Origin: Balanoglossus misakiensis
Taxonomy: Eukaryota > Animalia > Hemichordata
Length of the DNA: 64,000 nucleotides
Assembly: GCA_040954595.2 (NCBI GenBank)
Contig: CM082584.2
Location: forward strand, 9,629,061-9,693,060
Direction of reading: 5' to 3'
Part shown: positions 52,786 through 64,000 of the stretch, piece after piece
Layout of the letters: each line of letters opens with the position of its first letter
Numbering within the stretch: position 1 is the first letter of the stretch
Notes under the pieces: generated by a model
Database searches by the model: none
What the model was told of the DNA's origin: nothing
What the model saw: only the letters and a program-made list of their open reading frames with translations
Made by a program: the position numbers and the translations under genes

Positions 52786-54243
52786 TCAACCTAATTTCTC
52801 TTTGACAATTTCTTTCAAAGATATCACTTCTGAAGACAATGCTTGGAGAACTCCGCGAAGCTGATTATTTTCATATTCAATTGCATGGGTGCGGGCGAAT
52901 CTCATGGTGTCCAGCTCCAGGCCTGTTAAGGGGGTCACTCCGATTGGGTTCGTCGTGTTGTCGTCTTGGCAACGACGCATCGCTTGGACCTGAGGGGTTA
53001 ACTGTGCAAAAGCGCCCGAATTATCGGCTCGAAACAGCAGCGGCTGGCACGCCGCGGTTGCTAAGAGCTGGACGTGTGGTGCAGTGGTGGCAGAGTTCGG
53101 GGTGGGGGCTGGTGCCGCGCTTGTGATGGGCTGGGCTGTGAAGAGGCCGGCCCTCTGAAGGGCGTCGAGGGCGTTCGTGGAGCTTTTGGTGCCGTACAGT
53201 TCATTGTGCCTCGCCAAGTTGGTCTCGCTGAGCCGCGAATGGTTGCTGCTGCCGTCGATGGTTACGCCGGGAGAAGGTGTCGGCCGACTGGACACGACTG
53301 GTGCGGTCGGGTTTTGTGTGACGACAGCGCTGCTTGCTTGAACCATCGGTTTTGTTTGGTTCACGGTGGGAGTCCGGTCATCGCGAAACTCGCATTCGTC
53401 GTCGTCTGATCGCCGTTTCCTGCGCAACTTGAACGGCAGCCTGCTGGAGTCGACATTGTACTTCTGACTGAAGCTCTGGCTGCTTGACGTCGATGTCGGA
53501 CTCGTGGATCGATGCGACTGCCCTTTACACGGTGGCTTCAACTCTTTCACATCACCACATTCCGTCTTCACGCGCGTGGGATCCGATTTTTCTCTGTCGT
53601 CTGCGGTACCCACCGGCGTCTTTGAACTTGAAGTCGAAGTGAAGAACCCTTCGTCGGCGCCTGCAGCAAAGACATCGTTCGTCCTGTTACCCCCAAACCC
53701 GGACGATGCAATCCCATCCTGGTTCTTAAAACCAGGGCTGATGCTGACCTTGTCGGAACGCCCCTCCAAGTTTCCGGGACTCGGTTTCCCGTTGGTTGGC
53801 ACGGCCACTTTCTCGCCAGTGGTGCGATCATTATTGTCCGGGACACCGAAACGTCTCTTCAGTTCTCTGATTTCGGCTTTTAGTTTGACATTCTCCTCGG
53901 ACAAAGCCAGGATCTTCGACTCCATCACCATGTCGTTCAGTCGCCTCTTCTCCCGCGATCTCTTCGCGGCCTCGTTGTTCTTCCTCCTCTTGTTCCAGTA
54001 CGATATGTCTTTCTTCTCGTCGGGGGTGAATTGGCGCCTTTTCCGGGAGGCTATCAAATCTGAGCCGAAGAGGTCGTGAGGAACCTCCTGCACGTCGGGC
54101 TCGCCGTTCTGTACGGCAATGATGCTGACATTACCCTGTCCGTTGGTGGGGATGACCGCCTCTCCGAGAGTGAACACCTGGTTTATCGATGGAAGTGGCC
54201 CGGTCTTTGTCGTCAACACATTTGCTCTGTGGTATGTAGACAT
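52786..54243 (-). CDS. NFIL3: NFIL3/E4BP4/vrille-family bZIP transcription factor, paralog B (probably 485 aa from ATG 54243; the open frame extends to 54510)
   Basis: bZIP (54045-53845) [42 protein letters not shown]; LPFKLRRK (53439-53416); C-terminal zipper [27 protein letters not shown] strong acceptor CCTCTCTCTCCTCCCCACAG ends at 54303, which favours the ATG at 54243. Confidence 0.88.
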   Translation of the reverse strand: MSTYHRANVLTTKTGPLPSINQVFTLGEAVIPTNGQGNVSIIAVQNGEPDVQEVPHDLFGSDLIASRKRRQFTPDEKKDISYWNKRRKNNEAAKRSREKRRLNDMVMESKILALSEENVKLKAEIRELKRRFGVPDNNDRTTGEKVAVPTNGKPSPGNLEGRSDKVSISPGFKNQDGIASSGFGGNRTNDVFAAGADEGFFTSTSSSKTPVGTADDREKSDPTRVKTECGDVKELKPPCKGQSHRSTSPTSTSSSQSFSQKYNVDSSRLPFKLRRKRRSDDDECEFRDDRTPTVNQTKPMVQASSAVVTQNPTAPVVSSRPTPSPGVTIDGSSNHSRLSETNLARHNELYGTKSSTNALDALQRAGLFTAQPITSAAPAPTPNSATTAPHVQLLATAACQPLLFRADNSGAFAQLTPQVQAMRRCQDDNTTNPIGVTPLTGLELDTMRFARTHAIEYENNQLRGVLQALSSEVISLKEIVKEKLG

Positions 54244-56159
54244 CGCTGCAGTTGAAGCCCAGTTCCCTGAGTGTGAGTCTTCTGACGAGATTCTCACGTA
54301 TGCTGTGGGGAGGAGAGAGAGGATGACTTGCGTTATTTGCTTGAATTGAATTATGCGCAACTCATACACCCCGAGCGGCCGGGATACGACTTGTACGGGG
54401 TATGTGCCACCTGGATGGCCCCCTTCGTCACTTAAAATCCCTATAGGAAAAGCCTCGTTGCCTTTGGAGAAAAAATTTTGGTTGCGCATGGAGCTGGCTT
54501 CTGGCTCCATGGGTTACAGGACACATACGCATGCGCGCACAGGGACTGAGACTCGGGATGAGTATGGGCGCTCATATTCTTAAAATAACATGAAAAAAAA
54601 CGGTATTAAGTTTTTACATTGTTAAAGATGTCGTGTAGCCTCAGACTTGCTATGGCATGTCAACACGAAGAAACATTCGTTGGAGAAAGACCGTCCGTGG
54701 ACCGTCCTCGATGTGCGATCACAGATTAGTCTAGGCTCTCTGTGGGAAAGGTCATGTGACTATACTTGGCAAGCACCTGTTTAATAATAGATGGACATAA
54801 TCTCGTTGCGTAATGCACAATGCATAAACGACCTTCAACTTTGCTTCGCCCATTCCCACACCCCCGTGTATGTCTGTATCGGTAGGACCACGTGAGATAC
54901 TAATAACAGACAATGTATAGGAAAGGGAATCAGATAGACCGCTGAGCAGATAAACGGAATAGTTGATTAGAGAGAAAGACAATGCATGCTGCTCACACTT
55001 TCCACACGCACACGATAGGTGGAAGCTTTTACATCCATGTCCGACCGATTATCAATCAATGAAACGTTCTCCGCCGGACCAGCATTTGAACATTTTAAAA
55101 CAGATTACGAGAAATTGACGCTTGACCAAAAATGCTACCAAAATCAAGTTATTGACAACCTACCAATAATTTGGCACATCATAATGGGCACACCCCAACA
55201 TAATCTAGAAACCGAAATTCAAAGCAATCAAATCGGCCGATTCTGATAATTATTTCATGGTTAAACAGTGGTAAAAAATTCCCAAAATACAATATATTTA
55301 TTGTTAATATTGCCGTGATTTGAACAAAATCAGAAAGAGAACACCGGCAAACAAGAGCTAAAACCACGTGACTAAAAATAAAACTTGCGCCACACACACA
55401 ATCGATGTGTTGTGATGGAAATGATGCCGAAGTTAGGCAGTCGCGTTACGTAATGCAAAATAGGTGTCCACATCGCTGTGGCGATGAGCGTGACACAACG
55501 TTGACAAGTAGGCGACAAAGGGCCATTTGCAAAAAAAGAGAGAAATTTGGCAGTTTCTTTGAAGGAATGGAAAGACGCTGGTTTGTACAGTCACTATTTC
55601 AAAACGTGAAGTTTCGGTTGCATTTTCTCGTCGGTACAGTGTGCGAGAAAATAAATGCCAGAATTAATTCGCTTCCCCACTCATTGCCAATAACATGATA
55701 AGTGAAAAAAGGCATGTACAATTTCATAAACATGAAAAAGGGAAAAAAATCGCACAGGAAAACAGAACAAGAATAATGAAATTTATCTAAATGACGCGAT
55801 TAGTAATTTTGAAACTGACATCATCATGACGGACTCTGCGCTTCTTTCCTTGGGCTTTTGTGCTGCAAAGCCGAGTGATGCAAGAGTAGACGATTTGGTG
55901 ATCTGAAAGTTTGTAGGTTGTGGTTAGAATTCGGAATTGCGAAGAAGTGTGTCCACATATCAGCCAGCGATACGACCACCGCATCTGAAAATCCTTGTGT
56001 GCCAGAGTTCACGGGAAGGACTTAAGTTTTAATCGACCTTCCCCTATGACTCGCTCTGCAGACGCTGCTGAGAGAATCCAGTCCAGCCTTCGATATTTTT
56101 TTTTACTTCGGCTCGGGGAAACAATATCACATTATTACACGTACTTGTGTAAAACTTAC

Positions 56160-56800
56160 CTCAGTTGATGAAAACTCTGACGACGGTAAGCTCGAAAACA
56201 GAACCGACAAAACAGACTTGAAAAATCAATGGTATTTCTGCAGCTCGTTCAAGCAGTCCTTTGTCGGACGCTCCTTCATTGGGAAATGACATTACGTGTA
56301 CTTGCGCTCGGGTATTGTGCGTTACGCGTCCCAGTTATGAAAGTCCTTACGTAATGCTTATTGCGCCTGCGCATATATGCCCATTTGGTCACATTCTCAT
56401 CTTCTGCGGTAGACAATGCCATGATTGCGTTTGCGCTCTATACAAATAACACTGGTGGGATTTTGCTGATAGATTATTTATAGAATATTCTTGCCAGATC
56501 ATGAAAAGATATGTGAAAGTATTTTGAACATGCAATCAATCTACAGTGTAGTGTCGGATTTGGGTTAGGGGATAGTCTGGAATTAAAAGTCGGATGGCCC
56601 CGAAGGGTGACCCCGGGCCATCTGTAAGGGCTACAATTATAGCAGCTAGGGGGTAGTCCTGAAATGTTCGAAGCAGAGTATTTTTTTTACCATTTTAGCA
56701 ACAGTTCTGGCTTACGTCATCATCGCCATGACGACACGCTGCTGAGCGCGGCGCTGCACGAGCGTTGGGGAACAGCGCGATTACGTCACTCTCCGCTGGT
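56160..56800 (-). promoter_or_regulatory. Putative non-coding exon 1 and promoter of NFIL3-like paralog B
   Basis: Consensus donor AG|GTAAGT (exon ends 56160); TTACGTAA 56347-56354; NRF1-like TGCGCAGGCGCA 56373-56362; TTACGTCA at 56712 and 56781. Confidence 0.5.
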
Positions 56801-57539
56801 GCGTCACATGGCACGCATACTATTCATAGCGGGCCCAATGCTATAAATAATAAATATAGATAATAAATTTATATTGCTAATATTCACACGGTGGATTATA
56901 TTATTTGCAAGGGTTCGTGCAGATAACATGCAGCGCCACCAAGTATTTATTAAAGTTTACTTTTGAATATGGTTACGATTTCTCCCCCTTTCAATGAGTG
57001 AAGTTTTCAGTTTGCAATTCTTGTTTTAGAAATACAAAGGCACTACAACATTGTGTCGTAGACGGCGCTCTGTCATTTGAAATCCACCACAACTGCTGTA
57101 GACTGGGGCCAACCTGTCCAGCATGACTGAGAATCAATGTAGACAATAAGACAACCATTTTCAAAGACAAACATATTTGGGAAAAATAAGGTACAAAAGG
57201 CATGAAATATTGTCATATCACATGACTGAATGTTTAGATTTTAATTGCATACTTTCCACTGAAATTCCTTGCCTCAATTTTTATACATTCCAACACTTAA
57301 AGCAGGTGTAATTTCATATATAAGTTCATTTGCATAACATACTTCACTGGTATGATAATGAGTCAATATCATTTATCTAAGTAACGGCAAAAGGCCAATT
57401 ATGTATCGGAGAATGCCGACTGTGTGTTGTCAATGGTACAAAAACCACGTTGAGTTTGTGTCATTTTTTGGTCTAAAACACACGCACGCACAAGCGTTGC
57501 GTGATGAGCATTTTGAGGTAGACGTGAGAGCACAGTCTA

Positions 57540-58594
57540 TCACTTGACCAGCGGTCTTGTTTTGTCCTCATCGCTGCAGTCGCGCGACTTGTATTTCTGT
57601 ACCTCAGCCAAATAGTGTGACCACGGATCACTGCCAACTGCCTCCTGTGGAGAAAGTTTAAAAAAAAGAATTATGACAACTCCACATTATTTTGCTGTAA
57701 TTGAAATTGTCTACTTATAAATCCTTTACACTTCCTCGACTCTGCATTAAAGAAAGAAGTGATAAGAAAGCTCACCTCTGTTGTTTGTTTGGGTTTCTTG
57801 ACTTGTCCAGTTTTTAATGTCAGGCCTTTCCGCTTACCAACCTGATGACAGAACAATGACACTAACACCGGTTAGCCCATTTCATGAAGAAAAACAAACC
57901 TCACCACTGAGTCAGACTTTTGAAGCCAAAGTGTTTTCCCCCAAAGTTTCGGCATTTTGTGTCCTCTGTTTGTGCAAGTATTCTAGAGGCTGTAGGCTGT
58001 AATAAAGGTACAGAGAATTTGAAAACTAGTTACAAATTAATAGCACACATAAGTATATTCATTACTACAGAAAATTTTGAAATTAAGATGCAGAGTACCA
58101 TTCTGCTCCTTTACACAGTAGATTCTGAAATGTCATACGGTATACCATGTAAAGTATATATGGACTATGGTAATCTGGTCACAACCTATTCATACACACA
58201 GACTGTCTGCTGCCAAGGACGTAAAACGATCTTCAAGATTGAGATTGAGAGAATTCGCAAGTCTGTGATTTCATCTTACAAAAAATGAAAGTCCAGTCTT
58301 CTTCTTGATATTTTGTGATTCTTTTGATTTGGGTTCATCAGCCTCGACAGTCGAACTCGATGGATCATCACCGGTGCCACTCTGTGACGTTGACTTGGGC
58401 TGGTTGACTATGTTCTCCGTCTTCGGTGTTTCTGCTTTCTCCTGTTCCTCTTTCCGTCGTTTTTCCTCCTCCATTTTCTTTTTGAACATTTCCATAAAGC
58501 TTCCGTCGTTGGCAAACGTGTTCATATTCGTCGAAGAGGCCACAGTCACTTCTTTAGCCACAGGAGTAGACTCCAACTTAGACCTGTCCGCCAT
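57540..58594 (-). CDS. TRIR: Telomerase RNA component interacting RNase (C19orf43) ortholog, 161 aa, 3 exons
   Basis: Exons 58594-58280, 57841-57776, 57644-57540 with GT-AG introns join in frame. Motifs N.FANDGSFMEMFKKKMEEE, FVGKRKG..LKTG.VKK and C-terminal W..YLAEV.KYK...C.DEDKTRPLVK match TRIR. Confidence 0.92.
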
Positions 58595-58847
58595 TTTGGT
58601 TTTTATTTCAGACTGCCTAACTCTGTCTAAAATACTAAAATTGATACTCTTGCATAAATATAAATGGCAGGATTTCAATTTGACTTGAAAGCTGTCATTT
58701 ATTGTTCTACATAAGTTTGTTATTCAGATGGCCAAGATTCGAGCATAAATGTGCCTCCGAAATCACCCCACACGTCAACATAAGTTCATGTAAATATTTG
58801 CTAACCTAAAGGGTTTTTCTTTCATAACACTGGGGGCGCATTTCAAG
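58595..58847. promoter_or_regulatory. Compact bidirectional promoter shared by TRIR and RCL1
   Basis: Divergent ATGs separated by 253 bp; both start codons lie in YY1-type motifs (CAAAATGGCGG and CAAGATGGCG). Confidence 0.65.
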
Positions 58848-61039
58848 ATGGCGACCGCGGTTACGTCCAACGTGCTATGTTTTGAAGGGTGTAATTTCTT
58901 TCGCCAAAGGCTAGTTTTGGCAACTTTGAGTGGAAAGTCAGTGAAAATCAAGAAAATTAGACCCAAGGACGATGATCCTGGGCTCAGAGGTAAAACACAG
59001 TCACCATCCCACTGCCCCATATCATCATTATGCATACGTGTACGTCCATACACGGTCACTCCACACAGTTTTAGAATGTTGGCAATGCACTCAACCAGAA
59101 CTGAGATTCAATTTTCATCCATTTCCCACAGATTTTGAAGCTAGTTTCATCCGGCTTTTGGACAGAATAACCAATGGAACCAGAATAGAAGTCAATGAAA
59201 CAGGTATCTATGCCCAGCTCTTCTCACAGTGTTCAGATTCTAGTGATGGCGAATGTAGACTACCAGTACCAGGTATCTTACTTTCCATGTTTCTCTATCT
59301 GCAGGTACTGCTGTTTTCTATCAGCCAGGGTTGTTGGCTGGTGGCAACATTGAACATGACTGCAATATGCAGAGATCCCTAGGCTATTACCTGGAAGGAC
59401 TGGTGTGTCTGGCACCGTTCTGTAAGAAACCAGTCAAAGCAATTCTGAGAGGAGTAACCAACGACAAAGTAGACCCTTCAGTGAGTGATGAGTTTTGCTT
59501 GTTTGTGTTTTTCAGTAAACAGTGTCAGAAATCGTTTGATACATTATTAATATTAACCACGAACGCTGCTGTTTTCTGCCTACAGGTTGACATAATCAGA
59601 ACAGTAACGTTACCGCTTCTCAGGAAATTTGGCATCAGTGATGAAGGCCTGGAATTAAAGGTACTTTGTGTTAGAATGTTTGCTTGCAAAAACAGTCAGC
59701 AACAGTTACTTTCATTTTGAAATAGTAATAGACTGTATGCTTTGATTCTCTCTTAACTTCACCATATGAGTTTGTGACATGCTTCTGACATTTTCTCTTG
59801 CAGTTATTGAAGAGAGGTGCTCCACCAAATGGTGGCGGAGAAGTTCTTTTCAGATGTCCAGTTGTCAGAAAAATTCGTCCTTTGAATTTCACCAATCCAG
59901 GCAAAGTGAGGAGAATCAGGGGTGTGGCGTATCCTTTTCTATTTGGTAATTCAGCTGAGCACCATGGTTTGATCGAAATCAATCATTTCCTGTGCTAAAT
60001 TTGGTCCACTACTGTACACATTCATTACTGTCGTTAGTTTCTTGACACTTGACAACAGATACGGCATGCGAGTTTCGCCCGCCACGGCTAATCGTCTCGT
60101 CGATGCAGCCAAGGGTGTTCTTTTGCAGTTTTTACCAGATATTTACATTTACACAGACCACATGAAAGGCCAGCAAGCTGGAAAGTAAGATGTCTTTTTC
60201 AAGTCTCTGTTTGTAATGATGCATGTGTATTTGTCCATAAGTCAGTGTAAGCTCGGAAGTTTTCATAGGACGTATTGATTATAACCATTCCAATTAACTA
60301 CAGTGATCCCAAATAACAATGTTATTCTATGTGTACCATGATTTTGATTTGTGTCACCCTCAGGTCGCCAGGGTTTGGTTTGTCTCTTGTTGCCGAGACA
60401 ACAGAAGGTGTATTCCTCAGTGCGGAGATGTCGTCCAACCAACAGGGTGAGGATCCCACCGTTCCGGAGGATCTCGGAAGAGACACTGCCAAGTTACTCC
60501 TGGAAGAGATCTACAGGGTGAGTGCCTATCATAAATACAGGTGCATTTCAAAAGGTGAATTAACTGTTCATTAACAAGTCAGGATAAATTTGAAGGGGTA
60601 ACTTGTATATAACGTGGCCATATTTCTACCTTTGCAGGGTGGTTGTGTGGACTCCAGCCACCAAAGTTTAGCTTTGCTAATGATGGTCCTGGGAGAGAAA
60701 GACGTTTCCAAGATACTGACTGGACCGCTGTCTCCGTACACGTATGTATAATTTATAAATATTGCGTAGTCTGTTTTATGAGATGAGGCTTACATGAAAA
60801 GCTGTTTAAATTAAATGGAGCCCTACTCAAAATCCCATTCTTTATTAGTTTCTTATTCTGTTGACATTTTGCCTTTCAGGATCCAGTTTCTCAGACACCT
60901 GCGTGATTTCTTCCAAGTCATGTTCAAAATTGAAGCCAAGGTGGCAGACGAAGACGATATTCAGAAGACGGGTGGCGACAAAGTCTTGCTCTCGTGTCTT
61001 GGAGTAGGATTCTCAAATCTCAGTAAAACAATACTCTGA
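58848..61039 (+). CDS. RCL1: RNA 3'-terminal phosphate cyclase-like protein (18S rRNA processing), 377 aa, 9 exons
   Basis: Exons 58848-58989, 59132-59203, 59305-59480, 59586-59660, 59804-59928, 60059-60184, 60364-60517, 60638-60741, 60880-61039 total 1134 nt in frame. Motifs FRQRLVLATLSGK, FEASFIRLLD, RGAPPNGGGEV, DIYIYTDH, SPGFGLSLVAETT, GGCVDS, GVGFSNLSK. Confidence 0.96.
59929..60058 (+). other. U12-type (minor spliceosome) GT-AG intron 5 of RCL1
   Basis: 5' site GTATCCTTTT; branch TTTCTTGAC at 60038-60046 with A 13 nt from the CAG; no polypyrimidine tract; removal restores GVA-YGMRVSP. Confidence 0.9.
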
Positions 61040-61108
61040 TGATGGAGGCGTCTTTTATACGTGTTGTGTATTTTCATGTTATTGTACTGCCACATCCACC
61101 ATAACTGT

Positions 61109-61114
61109 AATAAA
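61109..61114 (+). terminator. Probable polyadenylation signal of RCL1
   Basis: AATAAA 70 nt after the stop codon. Confidence 0.6.
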
Positions 61115-62782
61115 GTTGAACTTATACATCTATGTACATGTATCTGTCCTTTTCTGAATCACATAACTGCCCAATAGTTTCTTCCTGACAAACAGTTTAC
61201 TTCACCGAAAAGAAAAAGACATACATAAATATTACAAACCAATATAATACAACAGTAACTACACCTTCCATGTCCTATGGGAGATCAACCTGTAATTTCT
61301 GTCAAGTTAAACTATTGGTTTCTTCTTGTGAAACTTGCAATTGTACATGAAATAGTCGAACCCTGAAATTTTCTTCTGAGAACCATGTCAAAGACAAGTG
61401 CATGGCAGCCAATAACCATAACAATTTTGCCATAAAAGAAAATCAGTCATAAAAATAATTATAAACAAAATGTTGATTCTTTATAAACGTTACGAATACC
61501 GTTACCCTGTCTTGAAATAATGCTGAAATAATTCAATTGAACATGGCTGCCTTGCCTCCAGACAGTTTTGAGTATTATCAGTACGGTGGCCACTGACATT
61601 TTGTCTATATGGGTGTCTGGACCCCTTGTGGTGTTTATAAAGTTTGAAAATCCTTTATAAAACTAAGAAATACATTTAGATTAAAATAATGTAGAAAGAA
61701 TAATAACTTATAAAAACCAAAAGTAAATAATTCATACAATTTTGTATAATGCAAATTACACCATATTCGTTCAACAGAAAATAAAGCAAGGTTGTCACTA
61801 CATTTATGGAATGGCTGTGGGAAGAAGCAGGAAAAGATCATTGGTTCACCACAGGCGAGTACAACAACATACAGAACTCATCCATTACATCTTGACAGTA
61901 AGATACACTTTTCCACAAAATTTACACAAAAAATGGACTTAGATTTGGTTACATCTAATGGCCGATTTTTCAATCGATCACTCTTCTGTAGTTTTCATAA
62001 GATCAAGAATTGAAAAATAACACTAGCAATCACATACTAAATAATGATACTCTTCATTGACAATTACTTTAAAGAAAACAAATTTCAGAAATTGCACATC
62101 ACACAATAGGTCACAATCACCATAAATATTAAATACTGATGAATGTACATTACATAGGAATTGTATTCTTGGAATGATTTCTAGTTTCAACAAATTTTAA
62201 GTTTAATAATGCCTGTAGCAATCTCTCACATTCTTGCACATCTGAAAATCTCAACCCAAGTTTGGTCCAACTCTATTATTTCCAATGGCAATACTGGACC
62301 TTTATACAGGGAAATGGGGGTGACAAGGGTTAAGCATGTTGGGCAGGCAGTTTTCAATAGCCAGCACACTGTATAGCATTGTAACGCAATAATGAGGTAA
62401 ATTAGTTCATTGCACTGATATGAAGTGTACAACAAAGTTTTAGAAATTCTTTAAACTTTCCTAAGAAATGATCTGATATGACACCTTCCGTTCTACGTAA
62501 AACTTCATACTCTGATAAATAGTTCACCTACACACATATATATACAATTTGGGCAATAGGGTGCCCTCTATCGCCTAAACTCTGGTCTTTAGTCATTGTG
62601 TACATGGACCCATGTACAGGAAAAAGGGGTTGCAGTGATCAAAAGAAAACTCAACATGAGTACTAATTTCACCATCACAAAGAAATTATTCATGAAATTC
62701 ACGTCGACCAGGAAGCTAACCCAACTTCAAGATGTCCCGTGTTGATGCAATACTCAAGAGCCAAGGAACCAATAAAGTGACT

Positions 62783-64000
62783 TCAGACATCATCAAACAT
62801 TCCCCCCTTCCGTGTGCTGTTGGATGAGTAGCCGGAACCTCGAGAGCCGGACGACCAAGATGGTCGGTTGTAGCGGGAAGCGCCGCCGGACACTCCATTG
62901 CGGTCAGCGTTCAGTGAGAGGCTCTCTGGGTAGTCCGCAACGTGATCCTCATGGAAGTCGATCGGTTCAGTTTCTTTCAGCAGTTCTACTTTGTCGCTGT
63001 CTGGCGGCTTGGCACTCTTGATGAATTTAGCTGTTACAGTAGAATGGACAAAATACCCAGTTTAGTTACACTCAGTCAAATAATTACTGTGTTTACAGCC
63101 TTAAGCGACCCTCCCTTGTTGATTGAGAATGACAAACCTGATTGAAGAAATCAGTATTCTTAATTGATCCTTTTGAAACCTTGACACAAGCAAAGATGGT
63201 CCAAATTACCTCTGGTTTTATCATATGCCGATTGGCTCCCCCGTCCTGTGTCACTGTCACTCTCCCGGGAACGAACGTATCGCCCACCTTCACTGGAGGA
63301 ATAACCTCCTGAGGAGTAGCCCGCATCCCGGTTACCATAGCGATCGAAAAACTCCCTTCGTCTGGTCTCACCGTCTTGTATTCTCTGACGTTTCCTTTTC
63401 TCTAAAATAAGAAATTGAAATTATGAGATTTTTTTGACGTGGAATCAAAGTGGTTCTTTCATGGATGATCTTGATATATCCATGTTTGTCAAATTGAAAG
63501 GGACAGTTGTCATGAACAATCGGCTTTGAAATCAGAGAATCTGGCAGACACCATTTCTTGTACGAAATATAATTACCTCTCTTGACAATCTGTCTACCCT
63601 CATCGACGTAGTCTTGAGTCATTTCATCCTCCCCGATGAACTGCTGAAAGCCCAGGAAAGCCAGGCACCGACTTCCCAGGCTGAAGTAGGTGGCTATGCA
63701 AAGAGCCAGCACAGTGATTGGGTAGTAGATGTAGAAGCCGTCGGCCATGAACGGCAGTACGTCCATGTGGCGTCCCATAGCCTGTCAAAGCAAAAAAGGC
63801 CGCACATGAATATTGCAGTGCATGGATCAGTCTTGTATACATTATATTGTTTCACACAAAGAAATGCACTTTTGTTTGACACACTATCAGAGGCACTCTA
63901 ACTCACCGCTGTAAATGATGTTTCCAGCATATCGTCATCTCCTGTGATATGACTGTCCAAGTGAATTAGCCCAAGGAAGTTGAGGCAGAGGGGAGGCGTC
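62783..64000 (-). CDS. LMBRD2: LMBR1 domain-containing protein 2, 3' part (gene continues beyond the window)
   Basis: Exons >64000-63907, 63781-63577, 63401-63210, 63030-62783 join in frame: [24 protein letters not shown]...[30 protein letters not shown]...EPIDF, C-terminal MFDDV. Confidence 0.93.

Noticed and set aside
53504-54079. 191-aa + strand ORF
   Set aside because: Antisense shadow of NFIL3 paralog B
58595-58678. N-terminal extension of the TRIR ORF (MKSCHLY...)
   Set aside because: Lies in the promoter and begins at a non-ATG codon; ATG 58594 has good context and gives a TRIR-sized protein
1-64000. Prokaryotic-type systems (CRISPR arrays, operons, rRNA) or autonomous transposon/retroelement ORFs
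   Set aside because: Sequence is intron-containing animal DNA; no spaced direct-repeat array, rRNA-like segment, or RT/transposase motif was seen

Overview
Eukaryotic (animal) genomic DNA, roughly 40% GC by eye, with spliceosomal introns, microsatellites and no strong CpG depletion. Protein similarity and intron style suggest an invertebrate deuterostome (inference). Six protein-coding genes are supported: an intronless uncharacterised 575-aa ORF (-, 15064-16791); two convergent NFIL3/E4BP4/vrille-family bZIP paralogs (+, 43541-45649; -, 52786-~54243); TRIR/C19orf43 (-, 3 exons) head-to-head with RCL1 (+, 9 exons, one U12-type intron); and the 3' part of LMBRD2 (-). The most notable system is the NFIL3 pair. 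Paralog A has two complete bZIP domains: an N-terminal NFIL3-type and a C-terminal one resembling PAR/giant bZIPs. Paralog B keeps only the leucine zipper of the second domain, which matches the C-terminal motif of vertebrate NFIL3 as I recall it. The pair sits in a non-coding region rich in full CREs, ROREs and palindromic D-boxes, and both putative promoters share an NRF1 + D-box module. All motif counts are by-eye and need computational confirmation.
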